From Bdellovibrionota bacterium (GTDB taxonomy: Bacteria > Bdellovibrionota_C > UBA2361 > JBGSMV01): 64,000 bases of DNA. This document shows, piece after piece, positions 47,492-57,202 of this stretch. Each line of letters begins with the position of its first letter. Position 1 is the stretch's first letter. Both the position numbers and the translations under genes were made by a program. The stretch spans positions 21,565-85,564 of the forward strand of contig JBIKWF010000005.1 of assembly GCA_044356455.1 (NCBI GenBank), in the 5' to 3' direction. Under the pieces are notes generated by a model that did no database searches, was not told where the DNA came from, and saw only the letters and a list, made by a program, of their open reading frames with translations.

Positions 47492-48436
47492 CTATCTTGG
47501 AAGAGGAGGAATCATCGGAAGAGTGAGGGCTTGCACCATGGTAAGGACATTGTGACGCAGCATGCCGATATAGGTGCCCTCAGGGGTTCCAGGGGCTCCC
47601 ATGGCGTCGCTATATAATTCTCCTCCAATAGCAAGGTCGCTACCCCTCGCTCTTGCCCCTTCCAAAAGCGCCTCAATTGTTTTTCTTGGAACCGATGATT
47701 CGACAAAAACCGCCCGAATTTTACGCTCAACGATGAGGGAAACAAGATGGGAAATGTCTCCGATACTCGCTTCGCTGTCCGTGCTTAGCCCTTGGATTCC
47801 TAGCACCTCAAAGTTGTAGGCTTTTCCGAAATAGCCAAAAGCGTCATGGGCGGTAATGAGCACGCGCGCCGAGGGCGACACGCTTGCCACCTGCTCACGA
47901 ATCCAAATATCAAGCTCCTTTAATTTTGCGTGATAGAGTTTAAAGTTTTGAGAGTAGAAGTCCGCGTTGGCGGGATCCTGCTCGGCGAGAATTTCCCTCA
48001 CTCGTTCGCTCACGAGCTGCCATAGAGAGACATCGAACCAAATATGAGGATCGTGATTGCCACGAAACTCCGGAGGGCTGCGAAGAAGCTGCTGCGGGAT
48101 TTTGTCGGTTACCGCGAAGACTGGTTTGCGAGCGGCAAGTTTCTCAAGCATGTCGGCCATGCGGCCTTCAAGGTGCAATCCATTGTAGAGTACCACGTCA
48201 GCACCAGAGATTAGGCGAATGTCCCCAGGGGAAGGTTTGTAAAGATGAGGGTCGATTCCTTCTCCCATTAAGGCCGTCACCAAGATGCGCTCACCTCCTA
48301 TATTGAGGGCGGCATCAGCAATCATGCTTGTGGTGGCAACTACCGTGAGGAGCTTGGCAGCTGAGGTAGGTACCTGGGCGGGCTCCGCAAGAGCGAATCC
48401 CGGAAGAAGTAGGAGGAGGAAGACTAAGACGCGCAT
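47492..48436 (-). CDS. Mn/Zn ABC substrate-binding protein (TroA/MntA)
   Basis: VVATTSMIAD, GIDPHLYKP, DPHIWFD, TAHDAFGYFG, FVESS, ELYSDAMG. Confidence 0.93.
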   Translation of the reverse strand: MRVLVFLLLLLPGFALAEPAQVPTSAAKLLTVVATTSMIADAALNIGGERILVTALMGEGIDPHLYKPSPGDIRLISGADVVLYNGLHLEGRMADMLEKLAARKPVFAVTDKIPQQLLRSPPEFRGNHDPHIWFDVSLWQLVSERVREILAEQDPANADFYSQNFKLYHAKLKELDIWIREQVASVSPSARVLITAHDAFGYFGKAYNFEVLGIQGLSTDSEASIGDISHLVSLIVERKIRAVFVESSVPRKTIEALLEGARARGSDLAIGGELYSDAMGAPGTPEGTYIGMLRHNVLTMVQALTLPMIPPLPR

Positions 48437-48476
48437 AATGAAAGGTTATGCTTCATACTTAAGAAAATGGCATTAG

Positions 48477-48594
48477 GGAACCTCTGAAAAACTTACCTCT
48501 GTGCACCTCTGCGTCCTCTGTGGTGAAATTTCTTCAGGGGATTCACCACAGAGGACGCAGAGGTGTATTAGAATGGGGGTCTTTCAGGGGTTCC
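48477..48594. mobile_element. MITE-like element
   Basis: ttag-GGAACCTCTGAAA...TTTCAGGGGTTCC-ctag; inner hairpin. Confidence 0.75.
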
Positions 48595-48598
48595 CTAG

Positions 48599-48710
48599 GT
48601 AGGGCTCGCCGTTCCGCCTCTGCCAGTAGGCGACGGCGCGACGCGCGCCCCGGCGTGCCGAATCAAATGCTGCGGGACATCCACGGGCGGTAGCGAACCG
48701 CAATCTGTGA
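48599..48710 (+). repeat. GTAG-type REP-like repeat
   Basis: GTAGGGCTCGCCGTTCCGCCTCTGCCAGTAGGCGACGGCGCGACGCGCGCCCCGGCGTGCCGAA; near-identical reverse complement at ~34105-34191. Confidence 0.75.
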
Positions 48711-48737
48711 TGTGCTTCAAGATTTTTCAGATATTCC

Positions 48738-49520
48738 CTAAACAGGCGGAAGCTTAAAAAGTCTTGATGCATTTGCAGAAGTAGCTATGGCTAACTCCTC
48801 AAGCGAGATCCCTCTGCATTCTGCAATTTTTTTCGCTGTTTCAACCATGAATGCGGGCTCATTTCGTTTCCCTCGATACGGGACCGGAGCCATGAAGGGA
48901 GCGTCAGTTTCCACCATTAGCTGGTCGAGAGGGACTTCCTTCGCTACTGTTCTTACTAACTCAGCGTTCTTGAAGGTTACGGTGCCGGGAACTGAGATGA
49001 GAAAATTAAGTTCTCTCAGCCGAGCCGCAAAAGCAGCATCCTCTGCAAAACAATGGAACACCCCGCCTACTTCCGAGACCGGATATTCCTTGAGGGTGCT
49101 GATACAATCTTCCCCAGCCTCGCGAGAGTGAATAACAATTGGTTTTTTGACCTCGAGAGCAAGCTCGATTTGGTGTCTGAACCAAAGGTGCTGCTGCTCC
49201 TTTGAAGCATAATTCCAATAGTAGTCGAGGCCGGTTTCGCCAATCGCCACTACTTTGGGATGCGACGCAAGATCTCGCAGTAAGAGTGGATCGAAGGGGT
49301 GTGCCGCATCGTTCGGGTGAATGCCAACACTGGCAAAAACAAAAGAATGCTTCTCTGCGAGGGCCAGTGCCAACTTCGCGGATTCAGCTCCATATCCCGC
49401 GCCGATGCAGATCATCTGCGCGATGCCCGCGTCCCGGGCGCGCTGGATGGTCTCCTCTCGGTCGGAGTCAAAGTCCTTAGCCGCGAGGTGCGTGTGTGAG
49501 TCTATGAGAAGTGCGGTCAC
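48738..49520 (-). CDS. tatD: TatD family hydrolase
   Basis: IDSHTHL, GIHP, AIGETGLDY, HSREA, GVFHCF, ETDAPFMAP. Confidence 0.95.
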   Translation of the reverse strand: MTALLIDSHTHLAAKDFDSDREETIQRARDAGIAQMICIGAGYGAESAKLALALAEKHSFVFASVGIHPNDAAHPFDPLLLRDLASHPKVVAIGETGLDYYWNYASKEQQHLWFRHQIELALEVKKPIVIHSREAGEDCISTLKEYPVSEVGGVFHCFAEDAAFAARLRELNFLISVPGTVTFKNAELVRTVAKEVPLDQLMVETDAPFMAPVPYRGKRNEPAFMVETAKKIAECRGISLEELAIATSANASRLFKLPPV

Positions 49521-49963
49521 CGAACTTCACTACCTTCAGGAAGATCTTGCTCGGGGGAAAGGAAGGCGAGCTTGGTACCATCGGGGCTGGAACCTGCGAG
49601 CATCATTCCTTGGCTTTCATTTCCCATGAGCATGGCGGGTTTGAGATTTGCGACCACTACAATCTTTCGGCCAATGAGACTCTCGGGAGTATAGAATTGA
49701 GCAATGCCAGCGAGTATCTGTCTCTTTCCAAGATGTCCTAGATCAAGCTGAAGCTTGAGGAGTTTCTTTGACTTGGGCAGCGCCTCCGCAGCTTCAATGC
49801 GGGCTACCCGAAGCTTAATTTTGGCGAAGAGGTCGATGTCGATAAGTTCAAATTGCTCGGGAGCTGCCGCGGGTGTCGCAACCACTGCGGAGGGCGGTGT
49901 TGTGGCAGCAGCAGGGGGCGGTTCTGTGGAGGTGGGAGGAGGCGAGGTAGGTTCAGAAGTCAT
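49517..49963 (-). CDS. Stand-alone MetG C-terminal tRNA-binding domain (MetRS beta subunit / Trbp111-like)
   Basis: IDIDLFAKIKLRVA, KLLKLQLDLG, RQILAGIA, VANLKPA..MG.ESQGMMLA; P/T/A-rich N-terminal linker. Confidence 0.88.
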   Translation of the reverse strand: MTSEPTSPPPTSTEPPPAAATTPPSAVVATPAAAPEQFELIDIDLFAKIKLRVARIEAAEALPKSKKLLKLQLDLGHLGKRQILAGIAQFYTPESLIGRKIVVVANLKPAMLMGNESQGMMLAGSSPDGTKLAFLSPEQDLPEGSEVR

Positions 49964-50381
49964 GTGAAGCCTATAATCAATAGTTCTAAAAAACGTAGCA
50001 AAGTTTAAGGGCCTGGTAAACGAAAGGTCAGTTTCCCCTGGCTGCTCAGAAGCCCGGGGCGGCGTTTAGGGGGGGGGCTGGACGCTTACCTTACGTTAGG
50101 GGGAATTCAAGCTATATCGCCGGCATGCGAGATCTCGCCTCCTCAAGTCTTCCCCAGCGTTTTGGCTGGGTTCGCAGTCCTCAGGATGCCGACAAGGCAC
50201 TATCCATTCTTGCCACCGCAGCGCTCGATGTGGCAAGTGCGGCAGCAGATGGTTGGATAATCGGTGAAGCAATTGGCGGAATAGGGGAGCTTTTAGGGGC
50301 GCTGCTTGATGGGTGGTAGTATTAGTTCGTCCCAGTTCGCAAAGATTCTGCAGGTTCTGTAGTAATCTCTTCCGCGTGACA

Positions 50382-50852
50382 TCATATTCGGATGCCACGC
50401 CCTTTTTTACCTTGGAACAGGCTTCCTATCATAGTGATGAGCTGCGCGATAAAAAACATAAGTGGCTTGCCCCACTTGTCCATAAAGTAATCCCGACAAG
50501 CGTTGTTTATATTATTTGGGTCGTACAAGACTGGCACCTTTGCGCCCGCACGAGTGCTCGCCCTCGTTTCCGCCTGATTGTGCCCCCGAGCAGAGCCTGC
50601 ACTTACTTCAAGGAATCCTTGTTCGCCGCGCAGGGTGGTAAAATCTATCGTGGCTTCAAACTTAGTGCAGCTATGAGAACGTTTGCGTCGCCGCTTCCCC
50701 GACGAGCATGTGCCGTTAGTTGCGCGGACCTCAGACACCTCCCCGTCAACTCGGATGGCCCTCGAAAGAAACGTTAAGCGCTCTCCAAGAAACCAGAGTG
50801 CGACTGGAATCAAGAGGAGAGAAACGAGAAAGAGGAACCAATTCTTAATCAT
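50382..50852 (-). CDS. DUF3592-like membrane protein
   Basis: TM helix, then GEVSEV...KVPVLYDPNN, then TM helix; AGGAG RBS before ATG 50852. Confidence 0.7.
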   Translation of the reverse strand: MIKNWFLFLVSLLLIPVALWFLGERLTFLSRAIRVDGEVSEVRATNGTCSSGKRRRKRSHSCTKFEATIDFTTLRGEQGFLEVSAGSARGHNQAETRASTRAGAKVPVLYDPNNINNACRDYFMDKWGKPLMFFIAQLITMIGSLFQGKKGRGIRI

Positions 50853-51546
50853 CTGACTCCTCTGCTCGTGACTCAAGATGCTGAGCGGTGACGGCGGCGA
50901 TGGTGTTTATCAGCAGAAAAAGAATTGAGGCGCAGTAAAGAAAAAGAAAAGATACGGCGGCGCCTTTCACTTCAGCAAGTCCGTTTACGAGCTCAGGAAT
51001 ATCCTGAAGGAGCGCGATAAAAAGAAGGCTCTTAAAGGCCGCTGCAAGGTTCCCCCATCTAAGGATATCTACGTCAGCGAAAAGCGTGACTCCAGCGACC
51101 GCGAATACATACAAGACAACAGCTCCGATGATGCCAAAATAAAGGGCCTCATCGAATGAGCGCTGTGTATGAACAAGAAACGCTCTGAGGCGATCGGAAA
51201 CAGTCATAATGCGGAGCACGCGCAGCAGGCGAGCGAGCCGAGCGACCGTCATGAAGGCTCCGAAAGCAGGAATGAGTGAGAGGGCAACCACGACAAAGTC
51301 AAAACGGTTCCAGAACGAGGAGAAGAACGTGGTAAACTGTGGGCCCTTCGCTACGATTCGCAGGGCGATCTCGATGACAAAGTAGCCCTGAGAGAGCAGC
51401 AGCGTCCAGAAAATGAGATCTCCAAACTCCTCGCTGAGGTAAGGGGAGGTATCAAAACCCATGAGTGCTGCATTGAGCAGAATAAGGACAAGGGTGCAGC
51501 GTTCGAAGGTGTCGGATTCTACGATGCGATGACAAAGTGCATACAT
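50845..51546 (-). CDS. Voltage-gated ion channel family protein (bacterial Nav-like)
   Basis: FVIEIALRI, WNRFDFVVV, S4 RLARLLRVLR, pore helix WGNLAAAFKSLL. Confidence 0.85.
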   Translation of the reverse strand: MYALCHRIVESDTFERCTLVLILLNAALMGFDTSPYLSEEFGDLIFWTLLLSQGYFVIEIALRIVAKGPQFTTFFSSFWNRFDFVVVALSLIPAFGAFMTVARLARLLRVLRIMTVSDRLRAFLVHTQRSFDEALYFGIIGAVVLYVFAVAGVTLFADVDILRWGNLAAAFKSLLFIALLQDIPELVNGLAEVKGAAVSFLFLYCASILFLLINTIAAVTAQHLESRAEESDD

Positions 51547-51627
51547 AGGATGGATGCTCTGACCAATTTGGGCCAGCGGCAAGGGGCAAATTTGCTGGTG
51601 TGCGAGAGCTAGTCTAAAACTGCAGTG

Positions 51628-52725
51628 TTACTCGCCTCTGTCTCCCTTTCTTTCAGTGAATTCTCCCGATTCAAGAATCATCTGCCCCTGGTCTATTCGG
51701 AAAAGCGCAATCTGCTTCTCCATTGCATGAGAGGGGCCAAGAAACTTTTGAAATCGTTCTAATGGGTTCTTGCCCTCAGTTGCGAGAGCCTGAGCAATAG
51801 CACCAATCCCGTCGTATCCAATTCCAATCGGTCCAATGTCAATGGGAGAGCTCCGCACTTCGGAGGGGAGGTGTGTTTGAAGGGCGGATAGGGCAGGCGA
51901 GCTTGCCCAAACCGTAAAGACGCCTTGAGCTGCCTCCCCCGCGAGCTTAGCGCCGTCTCCAACAAAAGCCTCGCCCGTTAAAAATCGAGCTGAGAGCCCC
52001 CGAGCTTTAGCTTGTTTTAGAAACGTAGCCATGGATCCAGGAGAATTTAGCGCGAGTAACACGGAGTCAGGGCTCTTTGATTTGATTTTTGTTATGGTGG
52101 AAGAAAAATCAGCAACGCCCGAGGAAAGCATCTCAGTGGCAACGAGGGAAGCTCCTCGTTTCTCAACCTCCGCCCGAAACGCTGCGCTTACCACCTCTGT
52201 CCAGGGGCTAAGTTCACCAACGATAGCGATGCGCTTGTGGGAGTCTTTCGTGGCTGCTTTGGCAAGTACCAGCGCGGTGGCCTCGTTTTGGTACCCCACG
52301 CTAAATACAGTTTTCCGGCGTGCAAGAAGTCTTTTATTGCCCTCCCACAAAACTACAAGGGGGATTTCGCGGCGCTCGGTAATGGGGGCGAGTGGTTCGG
52401 CATCGTCAATTATCATAACTGAAAGAACGCTCACCTTGTCGATGTCGAGAAGCTTGTTTGCCGCGGAGAGTAAGCGACGTGGCTCCATAGTTCCCCCATC
52501 TTCGATGATTATCGAGAAGGGAGGACGAGAGTGTTTGGAGAAGAGTTCTATTCCTTCTCTTACTTTCGCTCCAATCGGCCCATATTCTCCGCTTAGCGGT
52601 AAGATGACGCCCACGGTGAGCTTCGGGGCATCAGCCGAGGCGGCATTGAAGAGGACAAGAACTGCGGTAATGAGGATTCCTAAAGTACGAGCAACAAGGG
52701 AGATGTTTTTCGATGTGTCTTTCAT
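51628..52725 (-). CDS. LivK-like ABC substrate-binding protein, orphan
   Basis: VGVILPLSGEYGPIG, IIED, DFSSTITKIKSKSPD. Confidence 0.8.
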   Translation of the reverse strand: MKDTSKNISLVARTLGILITAVLVLFNAASADAPKLTVGVILPLSGEYGPIGAKVREGIELFSKHSRPPFSIIIEDGGTMEPRRLLSAANKLLDIDKVSVLSVMIIDDAEPLAPITERREIPLVVLWEGNKRLLARRKTVFSVGYQNEATALVLAKAATKDSHKRIAIVGELSPWTEVVSAAFRAEVEKRGASLVATEMLSSGVADFSSTITKIKSKSPDSVLLALNSPGSMATFLKQAKARGLSARFLTGEAFVGDGAKLAGEAAQGVFTVWASSPALSALQTHLPSEVRSSPIDIGPIGIGYDGIGAIAQALATEGKNPLERFQKFLGPSHAMEKQIALFRIDQGQMILESGEFTERKGDRGE

Positions 52726-52757
52726 AGGATTGCCATTAGTAGCGAAAGTCAAGCTAG

Positions 52758-52877
52758 AGAGCCTCTGAAAGAGTCCACTCTGTGAACTCTGTGGTTGATT
52801 TAAATTGTTGAAAAACCACAGAGGACACAGAGATCACAGAGGGAAAAATTAAAATATCGAGGTTTTTCAGAGGTTCC
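52758..52877. mobile_element. MITE-like element, TSD CTAG
   Basis: ctag-AGAGCCTCTGAAA...TTTTTCAGAGGTTCC-ctag; the right-hand CTAG contains the holB stop codon. Confidence 0.78.
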
Positions 52878-53981
52878 CTAGGTAGCAATTTCATTAAGCA
52901 ACGTAGCAGAGTTCATAAAACACGAGAGTGATAGGCTCGAAGCCTTATCTTTCGAAGAAACGTTTCCCGCAAGCGCGCTAAAGATCATGGTAAGCACGGG
53001 AAGCGGCGCGAGATTCCTTTCAAAGAGATAATACTCGGCTGCGATGATATTTTCGATGAAAATTGCCCAGCGCGCAGAGAGATCTCGGCGCGAATTGCCT
53101 TCTCGCGCAGCTTCAAGCATTCGCCGGCGTGCAAGGATGCGCATGAGCTGCAGGAGCATCGGAAGTCGTTCTTTGTCTTTTGTTATCGCGGCGGCAAAGA
53201 GAGCTGCGGTAGAAAGAGAGCCTTCCGATATATCGTCGAGTTTCCTCTTTACTAACTCCCAATCTGAATGGTGATGCTCAATCTCGTCTATACTCTGCAA
53301 GGAGCCGTCGGCTAGGACTGCGAGCTCTTCGGGGGAGAGATGCCCAGGAGCATCCTGCGGAGCGGAGGGGTGCTTCGATTTGGCAGCAATAGGCCGAGCT
53401 TTGAGGATTGTTGCAACCTGATCGTCTCGCAGGGAGTCAAAAAACCAAATCTGACAGCGCGAGAGGAGCGGGGGAGGAAGCTTGGAAGGGTTGGAGGTAA
53501 TGAGAATGAAATAGATGTGTGGCTGGGGCTCTTCCAAAATTTTAAGCAGGGTGTTTGCAATCTGAATACTCAGTGCCTCAGCATTGTTAAAGACCACCAC
53601 CCTGGCATTTCCGCCAAAAGCTCCCAAGTGCAGGGAGTAAAGCAGTTCTCGAACTTGCTGGACGTTCCAGCGTTCCCTATCGCCACTTTCGACAAAATGA
53701 AAATCGGGGTGGTTGCCGGCATTAAATACGTGGCAGTGGTGGCAAGCGCCGCAGCCACCGTAAACCGAGGGAGAACTCGAGGAAGGGAGCGGTGCGGTTT
53801 CGGTTTTTGAAAAGTAGCCTTGGTTGCACTCGCAGAAAATGGAGCGCGCAAGTTCTCGGGCGACGAGCAGTTTCCCAATTCCCTGAACGCCTGCGAACAT
53901 CATGGTAGAGGGAAGTCGCCTCGAGGCGAGGAGATGGCGCAATGCTTTTCTTTGGAACTCATGACCAATCAAGGACGACAT
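52878..53981 (-). CDS. holB: DNA polymerase III delta' subunit
   Basis: GVQGIGK, Zn motif CGACHHC, HPDF, ANTLLKILEEP, LLSRCQ; adjacent to tmk. Confidence 0.9.
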   Translation of the reverse strand: MSSLIGHEFQRKALRHLLASRRLPSTMMFAGVQGIGKLLVARELARSIFCECNQGYFSKTETAPLPSSSSPSVYGGCGACHHCHVFNAGNHPDFHFVESGDRERWNVQQVRELLYSLHLGAFGGNARVVVFNNAEALSIQIANTLLKILEEPQPHIYFILITSNPSKLPPPLLSRCQIWFFDSLRDDQVATILKARPIAAKSKHPSAPQDAPGHLSPEELAVLADGSLQSIDEIEHHHSDWELVKRKLDDISEGSLSTAALFAAAITKDKERLPMLLQLMRILARRRMLEAAREGNSRRDLSARWAIFIENIIAAEYYLFERNLAPLPVLTMIFSALAGNVSSKDKASSLSLSCFMNSATLLNEIAT

Positions 53982-54076
53982 GCGGTAACGCTAGCGTTTC
54001 AGGTCTAAGAAGTGAAGGGTGAGCTTGAGGCGGAAATCGATTTAGCGGCTTATAAAAGCAACCGGCGCTCTCTTAG

Positions 54077-54206
54077 GGAAACTCTGAAAAAGTCTGCTCT
54101 GTGAACTCTGTGCCCTCTGTGGTTGATTTAAATTGTTGAAAAACCACAGAGGACACAGAGTTCACGGAGGAAAAAAGATAAAATGTCGAGGTTTTTCAGA
54201 GGTTCC
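54077..54206. mobile_element. MITE-like element, TSD TTAG
   Basis: ttag-GGAAACTCTGAAAAA...TTTTTCAGAGGTTCC-ttag; supplies the tmk stop codon. Confidence 0.8.
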
Positions 54207-54879
54207 TTAGCTTTCCCAGCATCGATTTGAGCGCTGCGCAGGCAGTTTCATATACCAGATCAGGAGGTTGGGCCGCGTCGAGGATGAGAAAGGGCTCGCT
54301 TCTGTCCTTGGCGATTTCTAAGAACCCCTTTCGCAAGGCTTCATGAAAGGACAGTTCTTCTGCTTCAAAAGAATCGGCTGTTGCCGGCCCAGTTTCGCTT
54401 CTCCCCTTGGTTCTTCTGAGTCCTTCCTTCGCGTCCAGGTCGAGAAGCAGGACGAGGTCTGGCAAGGTGTCTCCCACCGCAAGGGTGTTCAGGTGGTTAA
54501 TAACTCCGCGGTCGAGGCCTCTCCCGTATCCCTGGAAGGCCAAGGTCGAATAGAGAAACCGGTCGCATAACACCACTTTCCCTTTTGAGAGCGCAGGCCG
54601 AACTATCTGCTGAACATGCTCATGCCTGTCTGCCGCAAAGAGGAAAAGTTCGGAAAGAGGGGCCACCTTTGAAGGCTTGCCCTCGAGTAACATTCGACGA
54701 AGCTCTTTGCCCTGCGGAGTCGCGCCGGGCTCGAAAGTGGTTATTGTTTCAAAGCCGAGAGACTCTGTGTAGGTCTTTAGCCGTTTAAGGAGCGTAGATT
54801 TTCCTGCACCATTGACCCCTTCAAGAACTACAAACCCCTTGGGCGCCTGAAAGTTGAGGGCAGAAATGTCTGCAATCAT
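54196..54879 (-). CDS. tmk: Thymidylate kinase
   Basis: EGVNGAGKST, EPG, LFAADR, LCDRFLYSTLAFQGYGRG. Confidence 0.95.
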   Translation of the reverse strand: MIADISALNFQAPKGFVVLEGVNGAGKSTLLKRLKTYTESLGFETITTFEPGATPQGKELRRMLLEGKPSKVAPLSELFLFAADRHEHVQQIVRPALSKGKVVLCDRFLYSTLAFQGYGRGLDRGVINHLNTLAVGDTLPDLVLLLDLDAKEGLRRTKGRSETGPATADSFEAEELSFHEALRKGFLEIAKDRSEPFLILDAAQPPDLVYETACAALKSMLGKLRNL

Positions 54880-54913
54880 GGGAGACTCGTTCGCTGATCC
54901 GTGGGCGGCAAAA

Positions 54914-55297
54914 CTAGTTTAAGAAAATCTTGAGTCCGTACTCAAGTTGCTTAACCGTGAAAGGCTTCGTGATGTAGTAATCAGCCCCAAACTGGTAGCC
55001 CTCGAGGATTTCGCTGTCTTGATCCTTCGCTGTGACCATGATGATGGGAAGGTCTTTTAGCTCAGGAATCTTTTTTATTTCCTTCAGCAGCTCGTAGCCG
55101 TTCATTTCGGGCATCATGATATCGAGCAAGGCCAGATCTATTTTGATCCCCTTGATAGCAGCGAGCGCTTCTTTGGCGGAGGCAAAGCTTGCGTGCGCGA
55201 ACCCCAAGGCTTCGAGCATGGTGGTGAGGGCCGCGCGGATATCCCCGTCATCTTCGACGACGAGAATGGTCTTTTTTGAGGGAGGTGTCGTATTCAT
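54914..55297 (-). CDS. Single-domain response regulator
   Basis: VVEDD, LDIMMPEMNG, VTAK, GADYYITKPF. Confidence 0.92.
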   Translation of the reverse strand: MNTTPPSKKTILVVEDDGDIRAALTTMLEALGFAHASFASAKEALAAIKGIKIDLALLDIMMPEMNGYELLKEIKKIPELKDLPIIMVTAKDQDSEILEGYQFGADYYITKPFTVKQLEYGLKIFLN

Positions 55298-55416
55298 GCG
55301 TGCTTAGGACTATAGACAGGGGGCTTGCTGGTTGTCACGGAGGAAGGCCGCGCCAAGCGGTTATTTGTATCTAGTTGATATTATTGAGTAATGGGCCTTG
55401 GCTCCGCGTATGTGAT

Positions 55417-55461
55417 TTGACGGTCCTATTGTTGAATGCCATACTCAACAATGGGTGGAGT
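55417..55461 (+). promoter_or_regulatory. Sigma-70-like promoter of sufB with an overlapping imperfect palindrome
   Basis: TTGACG-N17-CATACT; ACTCAAC-N5-GTGGAGT overlaps the -10/+1 region. Confidence 0.5.
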
Positions 55462-55576
55462 TACATTCCCACTGCTGATAGTCTCAGGAGTCTTCTGAGG
55501 TTTTAAGTCTAATCGGTAAAGGCCTCAAAAAAAGGCCCTCAAAGCGTAAGCTCTCTCAATTGTAAGGATTATTTCC

Positions 55577-57070
55577 ATGGATAATCAGTCGTCAGGTTCC
55601 AATGAGGGTATTGGATCTGCCTCCATTCCGGCAGTGCTTCCCGTCGAGCTGGATGGAGCCGCCGCCACCGCAGAGACCCTGAGGGAACTTGGCAAGGACT
55701 ACAGCTACGGCTTTCGAGATCCTGAGAACGCAGTCTTCAAGACCCGCAAGGGGCTAGACCATTCTGTTATTGATCAGATTTCCGATCACAAAGGCGAGCC
55801 TGATTGGATGCGCGAGTTTCGCCATAAGAGCTTAGATATTTTCTACTCTAAGCCCATGCCGACCTGGGGTGGGCCAAGCCTTCAGGAACTAAATTTTCAA
55901 GATATTTACTACTACCTAAAGCCCGTCACAGAGCAGGGCCGAACGTGGGATGATGTTCCCGCCGATATCAAGAATACGTTCGACAGGCTCGGCATACCTG
56001 AGGCTGAGCGCACGGTGCTTGCTGGAGTCGGCGCGCAGTATGAGAGCGAGGTCGTGTACCACTCACTCAAGAAAGAGTGGGAAGACAAGGGTGTCATCTT
56101 CATGGACACCGACATGGCTCTCAAGGACGCGCCTGATTTGTTTAAGAAGTATTGGGCGACGGTTATTCCTCCCAGTGACAATAAGTTTGCAGCTCTGAAC
56201 TCCGCAGTTTGGTCGGGCGGAAGTTTTATCTACATCCCCAAGGGCGTAAAGGTTGACGTGCCCCTGCAGGCATATTTCCGCATTAATGCCGAAAATATGG
56301 GGCAATTTGAGCGTACGCTTATTATTGTTGATGACGATGCCTATGGGCATTACATCGAGGGTTGCACAGCGCCTACCTATAGCTCGAACTCTCTCCACAG
56401 TGCAGTGGTGGAAATTGTGGTAAATCGCGGCGCGAGATTCCGTTACTCGACGATTCAAAACTGGTCCGCGAATGTCTTTAATCTCGTAACGAAGCGTGCG
56501 ATGGCGCATGAGCGCGCGACCATGGAGTGGGTGGATGGTAACTTGGGTTCCAAGCTTACCATGAAGTACCCTGCCGTATATCTCATGGGTGAGGGAGCTC
56601 ACGGCGAAATCTTGAGCGTAGCCTTTGCCAAAGATGGCCAGCATCAGGATGCCGGCGGTAAAGTGGTGCATGCTGCGCCTAACACCACCTCGCGCATCAT
56701 CTCCAAGTCTATCAGCAAGGGCAGCGGTCGCTCGAGCTACCGAGGGCTCTGCAAGGTGTATCCTGGGGCGATTGGCTCGCGTTCAAACGTTGAGTGCGAT
56801 GCTCTGCTTCTGAATGAGAACAGCCAAACCGACACCTACCCCTATATTGAGATTGAGGAAAAACAATCGAGCATTGGACATGAGGCCAGTGTTTCAAAGA
56901 TCTCGGAAGAACAGCTATTTTATCTCATGAGCCGTGGCATCCCAGAGGATGAAGCGAGCGCCATGATTGTGCGCGGCTTTATCGAGCCCATTTCTAAGGA
57001 ACTGCCGCTCGAGTATGCGGTGGAGCTTAACCGCTTAATAGAGCTTGAGATGGAAGGCTCGGTCGGATAG
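55577..57070 (+). CDS. sufB: Fe-S cluster assembly protein SufB
   Basis: [58 protein letters not shown]. Confidence 0.97.
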   Translation: MDNQSSGSNEGIGSASIPAVLPVELDGAAATAETLRELGKDYSYGFRDPENAVFKTRKGLDHSVIDQISDHKGEPDWMREFRHKSLDIFYSKPMPTWGGPSLQELNFQDIYYYLKPVTEQGRTWDDVPADIKNTFDRLGIPEAERTVLAGVGAQYESEVVYHSLKKEWEDKGVIFMDTDMALKDAPDLFKKYWATVIPPSDNKFAALNSAVWSGGSFIYIPKGVKVDVPLQAYFRINAENMGQFERTLIIVDDDAYGHYIEGCTAPTYSSNSLHSAVVEIVVNRGARFRYSTIQNWSANVFNLVTKRAMAHERATMEWVDGNLGSKLTMKYPAVYLMGEGAHGEILSVAFAKDGQHQDAGGKVVHAAPNTTSRIISKSISKGSGRSSYRGLCKVYPGAIGSRSNVECDALLLNENSQTDTYPYIEIEEKQSSIGHEASVSKISEEQLFYLMSRGIPEDEASAMIVRGFIEPISKELPLEYAVELNRLIELEMEGSVG

Positions 57071-57202
57071 CTGCTTTTAGCCTCTACCGTGTGCCCTCTT
57101 GGTGGCCTCTGTGGTCTTAGTGATTCTGTGGTCTTAGTGGTTGTTTAAAAAATCACTATAGACTGCTCCACGAACTTTAGGCTTGTTTTGGCCCAAGTTT
57201 AA

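Noticed and set aside
50069..50319. G9 tract and a 64 aa ORF as a phase-variable gene
   Set aside because: The tract lies upstream of the only ATG, and the ORF has no recognisable family; evidence is too weak.
57091..57175. Additional MITE copies here and at 9291-9389 and 47445-47491
   Set aside because: They share a related GTGGTCTTAGTGGT/ACCACTAAGACCAC motif but lack two clear TIRs, so they were not counted as elements.
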